From Mobula hypostoma (lineage: Eukaryota): a stretch of DNA of 64,000 nt. Below are positions 13,700 to 27,464 of the stretch, one piece after another (the first letter of the stretch is position 1; every line of letters starts with the position of its first letter). The notes beneath the pieces are model-generated. The model ran no database searches, was not told where the DNA came from, and worked only from the letters and a program-made list of their open reading frames with translations. The position numbers were made by a program, and so were the translations under genes. Location of the stretch: the NCBI RefSeq assembly GCF_963921235.1, contig NC_086097.1:207764001-207828000 (forward strand), given 5' to 3'.

Positions 13700-14130
13700 G
13701 TAGCTTCCCATTCACATGGGCAGGGGCAACAGAGGTAACGCAAAGATGATGAAGGTGTAGACCTGGTATTCAGGGAAGGAATAGGTCTATCATACTAATG
13801 GAAGGAGAAGATGACAGGTAATGGGTTCCTGTCTGAAGTAACAGAAATGACTTAAGATAGCCCATCCAATGTAGAAAGAATTGATAGAGAGTCGCAAGGC
13901 TTGTAAATGGTTCTGGTAAAGAAAATGACAGAAGCACAAAAAAGTAGACTTATTTAGCTGTTACCTTATTTCCTGGAAAGGAGAGAATCCTCAATCAAGG
14001 ATAATATAGGATATCTCAGAGTGGAATAAGCTCTAGGGCAGAAGGTGGCATCAGCGTAGATGTGAGAGATGGAGAAACTGGGAGAGGAAATGGATTCTTT
14101 CAGAATGTGAGACAGTAACACACATAAGAG
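13700..14130 (-). mobile_element. Highly degenerate Penelope-like RT C-terminal remnant
   Basis: Minus strand GAATCCATTTCCTCTCCCAGTTTCTCCATCTCTCACATCTACGCTGATGCCACCTTC resembles the SIPxSQFLRLRRIC motif with indels. Confidence 0.4.
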
Positions 14131-14714
14131 GTAGTTCAGAGAACCTTTCAAATACAGATTGGCTATTCTCAAACAAAGCAGGAAAACTTTTCAGTCATAA
14201 ATCTTATGGGAAGATTTACAGGTGCTTATTGAGAAAGAAGTGTGTGGTAGTTGATGTGTTCTATAGAAAATAGAACTTCCTACTTACTCAAATCAATATT
14301 TTTTTAAATTTTGTTTCCTTATTCTATTTCTAACACAGTTACTTGCTTATTTGAATAGTTAGAGGATAATGATCGGACCTGTGAGGATGATTGTACATTG
14401 AATGGAAGAAGTCACAACTGAGGACCTACATTGCATTAATCTTCATAAAACAGCAGTGGGTTCAATAGTACCATTTAATATCAGAGAATGTACAATATAT
14501 AATATACAACCTGAAATTACTGCTCTTCACAAATTTCTATGAAAACGAGAGAGTACCCCATAGAAGCTGCCCCCTAGTTCCATCATAAGAAATTAAGAAG
14601 TCATGAACATCAATGAAAGGAGGTATTTAGAATATTGAGATTGCTACTGGACAGACTATTCACCGATAAAAATTTTATTTATTTATTTAGTTTTATTTAG
14701 AGATACAGTGCAAC

Positions 14715-15470
14715 AGGTACTGCACAGGACTAAAAGAAGCAGCAGAGAGTTGTAAACTTAGTCAGCTCCATCTTGGCTACTAGCTTCTAAAGTACCCAGG
14801 ATATATTCAAGGAGCAGTGTCTCAGAAAGGTAGTGTCCATTATTAAGGACCTCCAACACCCAGGGCATGCCCTTTTCTCACTGCTACCATCAGGTAGGAG
14901 GTACAGAAGCCTGAAAGCACACACTCAGCAATTCAGGAACAGCTTCTTCCCCTCTGCTATCCAAATCCTAAATGGATATTGAACCCTTGAACACTACCTC
15001 ACTTTTTAAATGTATATTATTTCTGTTTTTGCACGATTTTTAATCTATTCAATATACGTAATTTTTTTTCTTCTTCTGCTATATTATGTATTGCATTGAA
15101 CTGCTCCTGCTAAGTTAACAACTTTCATGACACATGCCGGTGATAATAAACCCGATTCTGACACACTGAACAAACAGAGGAGCACCTTTAGTAACAGATT
15201 GATTCCACCGAGGCTCACCACTGAACACAACAGGAGATCGTTTCTCCCTGTGGTTATAAGACTCTGCAACTCCTCCTTAAGTATATAAATACATGGTTTC
15301 ATTGCATGTCTGCATTTTGCACTATTACTTTTTAATGCACATTTCCTATTCTCTTCGTACCTCAATGCTTACATTTTGTATTTTAAAGTGTATACTGTAT
15401 TTCTGACTGAGCAACCGGGCAAAAATAATTTCCTTCGGGGTAAATAAAGTTTCATCTTATCTAATCTTAT
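14715..15470 (+). mobile_element. Two adjacent Rex1/Babar LINE 3' ends
   Basis: LLPSGRRYRSLKAHT-RFRNSFFP remnant with a CCGATTCTGA tail, then an STFSNRLIPPR remnant with a (TCTTA)n tail. Confidence 0.75.
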
Positions 15471-15759
15471 CTTGAATTAGTAACCAAATGGTTAACATAT
15501 AATCTCTTCTACCCCCACAATGTCCATATCTCTCCATTTTCCTCATATTCATGTGCCTTTCTAAGAGTCTCTTAAAAGACCCTATTGTAACTGCCTTTAC
15601 CACCACCCCAGGCCGTACATTCCAGGCACCCACTACTCTCTGGGCCTCACATCTCCTTTAAAATTACCCCCTCTCACCTTGCATTCATGCTCTCTGGTAG
15701 TAGATATTTCAACACTGGACAAATATATTGTCTGTTTCTCATTATCTTATTTATTTAAT

Positions 15760-15995
15760 TTATTTTAAATTTACATATAGCGGAGAATAGGCCTTTCCAG
15801 CCCTTTGATCCGAGCCACCCAGCAACCCCCCGATTTAACCCTAGCCTAATCGTGGGACAATTTACAATTCCAATTAACATACCAACTAGTACGTCACCCA
15901 GATGAAACCTACGGGGTCATAGGGGGAATGTGTAAACTCCTCATAGACAGCGGCTTGTACTGTAAAGCATTGAGTCAATCACTACACTAATGTTA
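15760..15995 (-). mobile_element. V-domain SINE
   Basis: Reverse complement of the family at 9640-9905. Confidence 0.6.
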
Positions 15996-16039
15996 TGGCC
16001 CACAATCTCTTCAGTCACCTCTTTCACAACCCTGGGCTG

Positions 16040-17545
16040 GTGACCTACAGTATCTATCTTCTGACATTACTGTTTCCCAAGAGCTATATCCCTAGTAATG
16101 ATAACTTCACGCATTTCTGCTCCCTAATGCTCTTGAACTTCTGGTATACTGCTTGTGTCTTCTACAGTGAAGGTTGATGCAAAATACTTACAGTTCATCC
16201 GCCATTTCCTTGTTTTCCATTATCACCTCTCCAACATCATTTTCCAATGGTCCAATATTTACTCTTGCCTCTCTTTTACACTTTCTATATCTGAAGAAAC
16301 TTCTGGTATTCTTGTTAATATTGTTGGCTAGCTTACCTTTGTATTGCATCTTTTCCTTCTTTATAATTTTTTAAAATATCAGTTGCCTTCTATTAGTTTT
16401 TAAAAATTTCGTAATCCTCTAACTTCCCAGTGATATTTGCTCAATTATATAGACTCTTTCACTTTTATGTTGCCTGTTACTTCTCTTGACTGCTACTGTT
16501 GCATCATCCTATCTATAGAATACTTCTTTTTCTTTGGGATCTTTATACTCTGCACCTTCCATACTGCTCCCAGAAATTCCAGCTGTTGTTGCTCTGCCAT
16601 CATCCCTGCTAGTGTTCCCTTCCAATCAATTTTGGCCTGCTTCTTTCTCAGCCCCTGTAATTCCCTTTACTCCACTGTAATACTGATACATCTGACTTTA
16701 CCTTCTTCTTAACAAATTTCAAGGTGAAGTCTATCATATTATGAGTACTCTCCCCTAAAGGTTCCTTTATCTTAAGCTCTCTAGTTAATTCCTGTTCATT
16801 GCATAACACCCAATCCAGAACAGCTGATCCCCTAATGGGATCAACCAGAAGATGCTCTAAAATGCCATCTCATAGGCATGCTAGAAATTCCCCTCTTTTG
16901 GGATCCAGCACCAACATGATTTTCCCAATCTACCTACATATTGAAATCCACTATACCTATCACAACATTGTCCTTTTGACATGCATTTTCTTTCTCCCAT
17001 TGTAATTTGTAGGCCATGTTTTTACTACTGTTTGGGATGTAAAGGGGGGTCTTCATAAAACTCCCATCAGGATCTTTATACCCTTGTAATTCCTTAGCTC
17101 TACCCACAACAATTGTAAACCTTCCAATCTTATATCACCCCTTTGTAATGATTTGATTTCATTTTTTACCAACAGAACCACACCACCCCCTCTGCCTACC
17201 TGCCTGTCCTGTTCTATATAATTTGTATTCTGGGATGTTAAAGTCCCAGCAATAACCTTCTTTTTGTCATGATTCAGTGATGCCCTCAATGTCACGCATG
17301 CCTATCCGTAACCGTTACAAGTTCATTTACTTTTTTATGTATACTGTGTGCAATCAAATATAACACCTTCAGTCTTTTATTCACCTGTTTGAATTTTGTC
17401 TATCTTTTAAATTGCAACTCATCCTATTGACTAAAATTTTGCCCTGTCATCAGCCTCTCCTTGCTAGCAGTCTCAGTACGTGCTGCCCCTGTTTATAAAC
17501 CAACTGTCCCATCCTCAGGACTATCACTCTAGTTCCCTCCCCCTG
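16040..17545 (-). mobile_element. CR1 LINE, endonuclease/linker region, decayed
   Basis: Minus ORF DRQVGRGGGVVLLVK...LWVELRN is typical of a CR1 APE domain. Confidence 0.8.
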
Positions 17546-18397
17546 TTAATAGCTAATTAACTGACCTGAACATCCATACGAGAGGAAACTGGAAGCTTAT
17601 ACATGTTATGTTTTGTAACTCCATAAACTAATCGAAAAAAAATGGAACACGGGAATAAACATCTCTACAGGTTTCTATTTAGATATTGCAGTTTTAATCA
17701 CGCTCATTTTCATTCCTGACTGCAACTCAGTCACCTCTCTGTATGCTGTTTCCTTTGATACTGTGATTTCAATTGCTCTTTTAAATTTGAGTTGTGCTTC
17801 AGTTAGGAGCTGTTTTTGAATGCTGTCTTCCATGATTCCATGAACTAATTGATCTCTCAGTGCATCATTAAGCCTATTACTGAAATGGCAATACTCAGAC
17901 AATTTCTTCAATTCAGCCATTTAAGTAAGCTGAAATGATCACCCTTTACTTTTGATTCTGCTTTTGAAACCTAAAGTGTTCTGCAATCAATAATGATTTT
18001 CATTATCAGTGTTCCTGCATTGAATTAACAATATCAACTAAACTTATTTCGGCTGGTCTGGTTGGGGCAGTCAAACTTAGAAGCAAATTCTATGCTTTTC
18101 CACCAATTGCACTCAGCAAAGCTGGCACTCATCTCTCATCCACTATTCCATTTGCTTTAAAATACTGCTCAATTCATTCAGTATACACCTCCTATTTATC
18201 TGTTGTGCAATCAAACACATCCATCTTTCCAATATAGCCAGCCATTTCTGCTTTTTATGTATTTATTATTCTTATCAACTGGTACTCACTGTTTATGAAG
18301 CTGTGAATCTTTTTCTGTTTTCTGCATTTTTTGTCTCAAAAGTCTTTCTCTCATTGCAAAGAAAACATCCTGCTGTGTTTTTTTTTTACTCAAATGC

Positions 18398-18849
18398 CAA
18401 TTCGGGTAACTTCCAGCCCCTTGGCGTGAACATTGAATTCTCCACCTTCCGGTAATTCCCTCCCACTCCCTTCCCCCATCCCAGTTTCACTCTGCCCCCT
18501 CCCCCAGCTGCCTATCACCTCCCTCATAGTTCCACCTCCTTCTACTACCCATTGGGCTTTCCCCTATTCCTTCTTCTCCTTTCCTGCCTATCACCTCCCT
18601 GCTTCCCCTCTCCCACCCCTTTATCTTTCACCTTACTGGTTTTTCACCTGGCTCCTACCAGCCTTCTCCTTCCCACAATCCCCCCACCTTTTTTTATAGG
18701 GCCTCTGCCCCTTCCCTCTTCAGTCCTGATGAAGGGTTCCAGCCGGAAACGTTGACTGATCGTTTCCACGGATGCTGCCCGACCTGCTGAGTTCTTCCAG
18801 CATGTTGTGAGTGTTGCTTTGACCCCAGCATCTGCAGAGCATTTTGTGT
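18398..18849 (+). mobile_element. Penelope-like element 3' end (GIY-YIG C-terminus, pyrimidine-rich UTR, hammerhead motif)
   Basis: FQPLGVNIEFSTFR* remnant; TCAGTC-CTGATGA-...-GAAAC-GTT-GACTGA at 18720-18759. Confidence 0.8.
18720..18759 (+). ncRNA. Minimal hammerhead motif
   Basis: 6-bp stem I TCAGTC/GACTGA, CTGATGA, GAAAC, GTT triplet; stem II weakened. Confidence 0.55.
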
Positions 18850-19059
18850 CCATAAACTAGCTGAAAGAAAAGCATGGGAACCCAAGGATAAATGTGTCTA
18901 TTTTGTTTTACTTTAGAGAAGTGTGCATTAATGACGTGGTGCCATTCACATATTTTACATATAACCGATTATAAGTTATTTAACCAAACAAAGAATGCTT
19001 GTCAAACAATATATTTGCAATATTACTCAAATATTACTTAAGTATCAAATACCATTACT

Positions 19060-19443
19060 TACTTACTTTACTTACTTACTTTATACTTTATTGTCGCCAA
19101 ATAATTGATACTAGAGCGTACAATCATTACAGCGATATTTGATTCTGCGCTTCGCGCTCCCTGGAGTACAAATCGATAGTAAATAGTAAAAATTTAAATT
19201 ATAAATCATAAATAGAAAATAGTAAAGGGAAAGTAAGGTAGTGCAAAAAAAATCCAAGAGGCAGATCCGGATATTTGGAGGGTATTGCCCAGATCTGGGT
19301 CAGGATTCGTTCAGCAGTCTTATCACAGTTGGAAAGAAGCTGTTCCCAAAACTGGCCGTATGAGTCTTCAAGCTCCTGAGCCTTCTCCCAGAGGGAAGAG
19401 GGATGAAAAGTGTGTTGGCTGGGTGGGTCGTGTCCTTGATTAT
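19060..19443 (-). mobile_element. Rex1/Babar 3' end, same family as 4753-7293
   Basis: Near-identical reverse complement of 6893-7275. Confidence 0.9.
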
Positions 19444-21074
19444 CAATAACATTACAAGAAGTCATGCAAAGTCTGCATAGATAGCAGCCAAAGTCAGGCT
19501 GCATCCAGACTGGTAGAACCATGAGGGACCAGCACTAACTGCTGCAAAGCTAAATGAAGAAATTAATGGCATTTCCAAAGGTAGAAAGGCCATAGTCCTA
19601 ATAAATAATAACCTCTAGGCTGAAAATCTATTTCCATGTCAACAGATGCCACTCATCCGGCTGAGATTTTCCAGCATTTTCTGTTTCTATCAAATTTCGA
19701 AAATTTTGCAGATTTTGTTTTTGATTTTCAAAAAGAATTTTTATTTCATTTCTTCTTCTCAAAGACAAGCAGGAAAAATGAGCTTAATGGCTTGCTCATT
19801 TTGCATTCTTCCTCAGTGGTAAAGGATGACATTGACTAGACACACTTGCATAATATGGACCTTATTTGAATGGACAGTTTTCTAAAACAAAGTGATTTCA
19901 TTGTCTCAGTCGTCCACAGCTCCTGCATCATGCAAGTGCCTAGTGGTAAATGAGATTTCTTCATTCTGTAGAACTCCTCCAATTTTATATTTGATTCATG
20001 ATAGTGAATTAATAGCTGATTATTGAGTAACATAAGCTTTTCAGTGATAAGCTCGTTTGTAACACCAGTCCTGACATCTGTGTAACATTTTTAGTCATTT
20101 ATGCTTCATAAGAATCAATGGTAAGTTTGCATTTATCAACTACACAAAATTGTCTTTCAGAATATAAAGATAATGCTCATCATAAACTATTGCTTTTCAT
20201 CTTGTGAAGATGCTTACACAATCCTTTACAAAAAAAATAGGATTTTTATCCACTTGAGTGCTACTCTTTTCCTCCTAGATGGTGGATTTTGCCTACATTG
20301 AGAACCAAGCTGTGACAAGGAATATCACATTATTTAATATTGGCTTTCTTGTTTTCTGAATCACTGAGCTAAGGGGTATCAAGGTTCATGGTAGAATATT
20401 GCACGTGTAATATGTGGTCATTATTTGGGCATAGCCCAGGCTACTGCTTAACTGAAGCATGAGGAAAAAGAGCAAGAGGAGGAGGAGAAAGTGGGAGGGC
20501 AACAGGAAATGGAAGAACAGAAGGGGGAAGAAAGGCAAGTCAAGTCAAGTTTATTGCCATGTGTACAAGAACGATGAGGTACAGATATAATAAAAAAACT
20601 TACATTCAGAAGCATCACAGTGTTGGATTTGACTGTTCGATTCTTAGATTATACTATTTAATTATTATTTTCTTTTCAGTTTAACAATTAATTATCAGCT
20701 TTTATTTTTTGTCGCTCTTATATACATATAACCTATATGTTTCTAGTGGTAATATTAGTCTAATTCTGCAAACCTCTCTTGGCACTGTAGTATTTTTAGT
20801 AAGTGTTTTCTCATTAGTTAATTCTCATCTACAAATCTGAATGGAATTTCCTTATCTATGGGTGTAAAATAGTTAAACACAAAGCACCAGCATCTTAGTT
20901 CTTTTCTTTCTTTCTTTGTTTAGCAGCCCTTTATCATTGTCTGTTTCAATTTTTCTTTATTCTATCAACACTTAATAAAATTATCCTGAAGCAAAAGATT
21001 TTGTGCCTCTTTCCTGACTTCTGAAAGAACATTGGGCTAAAACATTGGCATTCAACAACAGGCTCATTGGTGCA

Positions 21075-21400
21075 GGAAACATACAGAACTTAAATTATGC
21101 AGAAATTGTATAAGACAGTGAAGAGAGAGAGAAAAAAAATGATAAAGTAAAATGTTAGCGCAAAACTAAAAGACACAATCAGAGGCAAGTCCATGAGAGT
21201 ACAAAAGGGATTTCGTAATGTTCCATTGCTGAGGCAGGATTGGGACAGCACAGGTTCAAGAACCTGATGTTTGTCAGGAAGTAGTTGGGACTCATAGGCT
21301 TCTGTACCCCCTCTTTGACAATAGTAGCAAGAAGAGGGAATGATCTGGATGGGTGGGATCAATGATGGTAAATGCCACCTCCTGCAGAAGCTGTCAATGG
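21075..21400 (-). mobile_element. Degenerate Rex/L2-like LINE 3' fragment
   Basis: DP-HPD-SL--LL--R-YRSL remnant on the minus strand. Confidence 0.5.
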
Positions 21401-22297
21401 TGAAATATAGATCATCTCTGTCAACATAATCACTGTTTCACTGTTGACCTCAGTGATAATTCTGCATTCACCCAGCATCCCAACCTTTTGTGCTCTTCTT
21501 ATGACTGTCTCTTCTCAAAAGGGACTAAATCATCCAGGTTTCCTCTTCCTCCTTGCTTTCTCTGTTTCTCCTTCCTGTTTTGCAGGAGGAAATGTGTCAG
21601 TGAATTTCCTTACACACTTAAATGATATGGCTGTCAAGGTTGAGTATGAGTAAGAATGTATGAGCTTTGTGAAAAGTAAAAGGTTAAAGTATTGCTGAGA
21701 GTTGCTGAAAGTAGGTGAACCATATGAATTGGCATGCAATGTACTTAATTGTTAGAACTTTTGGAAAGTGAGTGATACAAGTGTAATTAATTAAGCAGTC
21801 TCCTTTTGACAATAAAAGATAAATCATTAGACTTCATTATACCTGTGTCTGCATTGTGACACCCTAGGCAACGAACTCCATTGCCTTTATTCCTGCTGCT
21901 TCCACTTATATAAAATACCCATCATCCTTTCCACATTATTCACTGGGACCTTTGCTGGATTGTTATTATTGTACCCCATGCAGATGTCTGCAGGTAATGA
22001 ACCCAATGAGCAGAGCCAGAGTACAATGGAATGTGAGCAGCAGGAATTTAATGAGCTGCCTAGAATAGACAGAAGAGCTGTGGACACCACAATCACACCT
22101 TAGTTTGATTGGAGGCTCAATTTCTCCCCAGGGACCTTGAATCACATTACATATTATGGTTTCTGTTTTGAAATTATTAAAGAAAGTGAAATAAAGTTTT
22201 ATGATAGGACTCAGTAAGTGTCTACTCTTACTCTGACCTAGTTCTGAATAAAAATATGAGAATGCAGGGGTTTTCTTATTTATCAGTAATGACACAC

Positions 22298-22550
22298 AGA
22301 ATCAGAATCAGAAACAGCTTTAATATCATGAAAGTCGTTGTTATGTGGTAGCAGTACATTGCAATATGTAATAATAAAAATTGTAAATTTATTATATATG
22401 TATTTAAATGTTTAAATTAAATAAGTAATGCAAAAAAGGAAAATAGTAGTGAGGTAGTGTTCATGGGTTCAATGTCCATTCAGAAATCTGATGGCAGAGG
22501 GGAGGAAGCTGGTCCTGAGTTGTTGAGTGTGTGTCTTGAGGCTCTTGTAC
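22298..22550 (-). mobile_element. Rex1/Babar 3' end
   Basis: (AGAATC)n tail; reverse of the FRNSFFPSAIRFLNG motif. Confidence 0.7.
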
Positions 22551-23739
22551 ATCCATAACTGGATCATTTATACTTAGTGTGATATTAGAAGAAAAGAAGT
22601 AATTTGTAATTTGATTTCCAAAATTTATGAGAAAATCAAAAAAGAGAAAAATTGAACTAATATTTTTGAAGATTTATATTCAGAAAAGATGAATAAAAAT
22701 GTTATTATCCTTCATCCCCTGCAATCACTAGTAAACAGCAGTCAGAGAAAGTAAAACCATTCTCAGAATTGAGCTAGATTAGTTAGACAAGAAAGTGCTA
22801 ACATTCAGATCCTTTACATTGCATGTTTCGGGAAATTAAAGTATATGGATTTTTTTGGACATTTGTTTGAGGTTTGATACAAGAATTTCCTTTAAACTTC
22901 ACTATTCAATATCATTAACAACAAGAAACATTAAGAGATGAGATTTATTCCTTTTTCAAGGTAACAGTTGTAAGACATAGAACAATAAAAATCAATGAAA
23001 TGTAGCCATGGTAACTTCATCTGAACACATGTATTAGAGTTTTTTTATTCTTATTTCCACGTCTAATATATAAAAGGATGGTAAACAGCAGGAAGACTTC
23101 AATGACAAAACATTATAACAAAGAACAGAAACTACTTTATTGGCTGTGAAGTGCTTCAGAATGCCACAAGGTTGTGCAAGGTACTGAAGACATGCAAGTA
23201 AAAATTTTTTCAGCATTGAATATTCTGCTAGGAGAAGTCTGAATCACTGACATTGAGATCCAGGATTTTTCTAAAGGGTGGAATGCCCTACAACACTGCG
23301 TTCAGTTTTAGATTATAATTATACTTGATATTATAGAAAAGGCTATAGCTAATTGCCAGTACGTGTTAGCTTTTAGGAAGAGAAAGTTTGAAGTTTTTTG
23401 ATAAAGTTAATGGGAGAATTAAGTGAAAAACATGAACAAATTAAACCAATGCCCAAAACTATGAAGAAGCCACCAAGCTAGAATTTCAAATTAGATAAAG
23501 ACAGAAAATACTGGAAATATTCAACAGGTCAAGTAGCTTGTGTAAGAAAATAAATGTGTCTGATTGACCTGAAATATTGAACATTATTCTGTCACATCTG
23601 CAGCACAGTATGCTAAATTTTATCAACAGTTTCTACTTTATTTTCAGTTTTCCAGCAACCACAGCATTTACTTTTGCATTTCTGTTTAAAAGTTACTTTT
23701 CATCAATTAGATATCACTTTGCTTGACATAATTTTTGAT

Positions 23740-24478
23740 GAATTGCAAAACCACAAGATGTTGCATTTGTGAACACAGAGCAGTCTATCGTGAAAACCAG
23801 ACTCCCCTCTATTGACTTTGTCGACACTTCCCACTGCCATAGGTAAGAAGCCAACATTATCATGGATCCTTCTCACCCCAGTCATTTTCTCTTCTTACCC
23901 CCTGCCCCAATTCCATTGGCCAGAAAATGCAGAAGTTTGACAAGGCTCAAGGACGGCATAAGACTCCAGTACAGATTTCGTCTACTATAAAAATAAACTC
24001 TTGATCTCTCAATCTACCTCATTATGGTCCTTAATTTGTCTACCTGCACTGCACTTTCTCTGTAGCTGTGAGGCTATATTCTGCATTTTGTTTTTTTTTT
24101 CCCTTTTGTGCTACCTCAGTGTACTTGTGTATGGAATCATCTGTCTGGAATGCATGCAATCAAAACCTTCTCACTGTATTTTGGTACATTTATTTGTTTA
24201 AAGATAAAGTGCAGAACAGGCCCTCCCAGCCCAATGAGTCGCACCACCCAGCAACCCCCCCCCCATCTATTTAGTCCTGACCTAATCACAGGACAAGTGA
24301 CAATGACCAATTCATCTACTAACGGTATGTCTTTGGAATGTGAGGAAACCGAAGCATCCAGAGGAAACCCACGCGCTGACAGGAAGGACGTACAAACTTC
24401 TGACTTGGCGAATTGCAAACTCGGACTCCATGAGCTCTAGTAGCATCACGCTAACTGCTACACTGCATGGCACCCAGA
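23740..24478. mobile_element. Plus-strand LINE 3' end (23740-24185) followed by a minus-strand V-SINE (24190-24478)
   Basis: GGAAACCGAAGCATCCAGAGGAAACCCACGC is the inverse of the V-domain. Confidence 0.65.
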
Positions 24479-24777
24479 AGTGAGAATTAAATGTGGTAAT
24501 GATAAACCACTTACCAATTATTGATTACTCTTACTGTTTTGAGTTGATGCACAACCACACTGAATACATTAGATTGACCAAAATAAGCAAATAATGCTTA
24601 TGGAAATTACTTGCCTTCTTCAATTCCACGTTTCCTTCTGCAGCTGAAGAAATACTTCCGTATAAAATGCAGAAATACCTTCTCACAAATAAATTACATA
24701 AACAGCAACATTTGCCTACTGTGTGTCTTCAATCATAAAAATACTACAGAGGTTGATTTGAGGAAGAATGAGAAAGG

Positions 24778-25465
24778 AGGGGAGGAGAAGATGGCAGTGC
24801 GACGCAGTGCACGTGGCCGCTCCGAATTGATATTGTATTTGTTAAATAGGGGCCGTGCACAATCCTGATTTGATGGAGACGGATGTGAGAAGCACGGAGG
24901 AACATCTGGAGAAACTTCTGAAATGCCTGCTTCGCTGCTGCTGCTACTGTGTGATCAAGAATCTCCGGAGGGGAAGGCCCCAAATCCTCAGCTTTGCCTA
25001 TTGCCTGTTGCTGGGGCCGGGGTTGAAGCGCTCGGCAGAGATGATGCTTAGTGCTGAGTGTCGCAGGGCTGGTCGGAGGCTCGAAGTTTTCGGACGGACT
25101 CAGAGTCGGACTGTGGTCGGGTGCTTCCAGGATGCTGCATCGGCAAGTTTGCAGCGCTGGAAGCTCATGGCAGGGAGAGTTTCTCCCTTCAACCGTCTAT
25201 GTGAGATGATGAGACTTTCGAGAGACTTTGAGACTTTTTTTTTAACCATGCCCCTGGTCTGTTCTTCATCAAATTATGGTATTGCTTTGCACTGTTGTAA
25301 CTATATGTTATAATTATGTGTTTTTTGTTGGTTTTTTCAGTCTTGGTTTGTCTTGTGTTTCTGTGATATCATTCTGGAGGAAGAAATTGTATCATTTCTT
25401 AATGCATGCATTACTAAATGACAATAAAAGAGGACTGTGTGTCCTCATAATCTAATCTAATCTAA
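24778..25465 (+). mobile_element. Non-autonomous retroposon with a CpG-rich head and an (AATCT)n tail
   Basis: Begins with AAGATGGC, GC-rich non-coding body, AATAAA at ~25423, tail TAATCTAATCTAATCTAA. Confidence 0.6.
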
Positions 25466-26409
25466 ACTGAAAGAAGGGAAGTGTGAAAAAAGAATGCAAG
25501 CGATATTTTTGAAAAGTAGATATAGTATTGATCTATCCAGCAGGGGGAGTGGGGAATGTTTGGCACAGAGAATATACAGAGCTTGCAATTGATATGTAAA
25601 ACAATACATGATTTTTCAGGAGCAAGAATAGTACAAAAGTGTAAAACTTTTTTTGGATTTTGTTCTACTTTCGGTTTGAGCAAACATTTTCTCTTACTGC
25701 GGAAAGGTTCTCCACATCTCAGGGCATTTTAAGCAAGCAAATGAATGATCATTGTAAAAGAAAAATCTAATTAAAATCATATCAAATTCCAACAGATTGC
25801 TTAACCTTCTACACAACTCTGTTTACATCTAGAATGTGAACAGTGCCTTGATATCTTACATTAAAGTTAATAATTATATTGTGGGCACTCAATTCATTTC
25901 TTTTAATCTTTCTGAGAAAGATAGAAAACAAGTTAATTTTCAGTAGCTGAGAAGGAGGCAGAGGAATTGTTAGAAGAAAGAGATTAGCTAATGTATTGAG
26001 CATCAATGTTCATGACCTATTCTCTTTGTCTCAATTTACCATTGCACTTTCGGCTCTATTTTATATAAAGGCTCTATTGGTTTAACATTAATTGAATTTG
26101 GTAATCTGGAAATATTGGTTTTCAATGGCCTTACTCTGAAAATTATTACTTAATTCCAATAAAGTCACTTCCTTTTCTTGATCAATATCTCCTTAGAAAC
26201 AAGCACAATTAGTGCTTGAAAAGTTGGGATGCAACTTGATATAAACAGTTATTAAGTACATTTACATTCAAGCTGTAGGCAAAAATTGATCCATTTCTTT
26301 CATTTTAGATTAAATAAAGTGGACTATTTAAGACAAGATAGATTCCTTTAAAGTTGAAAACAAAAAAGCCCATGCCAATTAAAATCCCATATTTACTGCT
26401 TTCAGAAGA

Positions 26410-26935
26410 TGTTCAAAGTTCAAAGTAAATTTATTATCAAATTATATACTGCTATGTGATTCATTTGCTTGCAAGTATTTACAAGGAAAAAGAGAAATAC
26501 AATATAATTAATGAATAAAACTAAATATAACAGACAAAGACCAACAAACAACTAATGTGCAATAGAAAAAATGTACAAATAAAATTGCTGAGAATTTGAG
26601 TTGTAGTCTTTGAAATTGAATCTGTAGGTTATAGAATTAATTCAGAGTAGTAGTTATCCATGCTGGTTCAGGACCCTGCTAGAATGAGCTGAGTCGCCAT
26701 ATTCTCTAGCCTTTTCCATTCCTGAGCACTGGTGTTTCCACACCAGGCTGTGATGCAACCAGTCAGGATACTCTCTGCTTTCATATACATAGATGTATTT
26801 GAAAGTTTTTGGTGAGATGTCAAATCTATGCAAATGGCTAAAAAATTAGAGGCACTATTGTGCCTTCTTTATGATGACACTAATGTGCTAGTCCGAGGAC
26901 AGATCCTCTAATATGTTAATGCCACAGAATTTACA
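26410..26935 (-). mobile_element. Rex1/Babar LINE fragment
   Basis: GTTCAAAGTTCAAAGTAAATTTATT tail; reverse of the LTGCITAWxGN motif. Confidence 0.7.
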
Positions 26936-27464
26936 ACTCTCTACCTCCATTCAGTAGCTTTAAATCAGGTAGGATGTAGGTTGCCTCCATGATAAGGCCA
27001 ATGAGCTGGAGGTGGATCCCAAGGGAGCTAGAAGAGATCAAGCGAAATGGACAGAACGTTTCCCAACTATAGGAACAGAGCACTATGAAGAACATGATGT
27101 GCAGAAGTGAGACAAGAGCTGGAGTTGAAGACCAGATCATGGCCAGGAAAGTGGGCAGCTGTCTCCACAGAGTGCATGGTCTTGAGGTTAAAATGACAGG
27201 GTCAGTGGAAGGGTGAGAATAAGTCAGGCAACAGGTGGGGTGGTTCAGAGACAGAGAGGACTGTGCTTTTGAGGGAGATAGAGGAAGGAATTTGAAAGGA
27301 CAAGGGAGGGTGAGTCAAAACCTTTAACCAACCCAGTGTGTGGACATGTAACAGAGTGTGAGGTCACACATGCTGGTGGCACAATGTGTGCCAATAAAAA
27401 GTAGTATTAACTATTTTCAGTTCTTTCATCTTCTGAAACTGACTCTGATACAACCATTGTTGGC

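Larger units (their letters stand above)
17600..19055 (-). mobile_element. Gypsy/Ty3 LTR retrotransposon remnant (gag plus partial LTRs), interrupted by a Penelope-like end
   Basis: Minus gag-like AELKKLSEYCHF...LNDALRDQLVHGI..ESIQKQLLTE. Related LTR-like segments at ~17615-17665 and ~18850-18900. Confidence 0.75.

Noticed and set aside
20986..21046. ~60-bp sequence shared with ~42680-42743 as a duplicated regulatory element
   Set aside because: It resembles a very old Penelope-type end (TTCTGA..GAA...AAACATT); a dispersed repeat is the simpler explanation
24855..25313. 152-aa GC-rich ORF as a host gene or CpG-island promoter
   Set aside because: It lies wholly inside an element with a polyA signal and microsatellite tail, and has no protein similarity that I recognise
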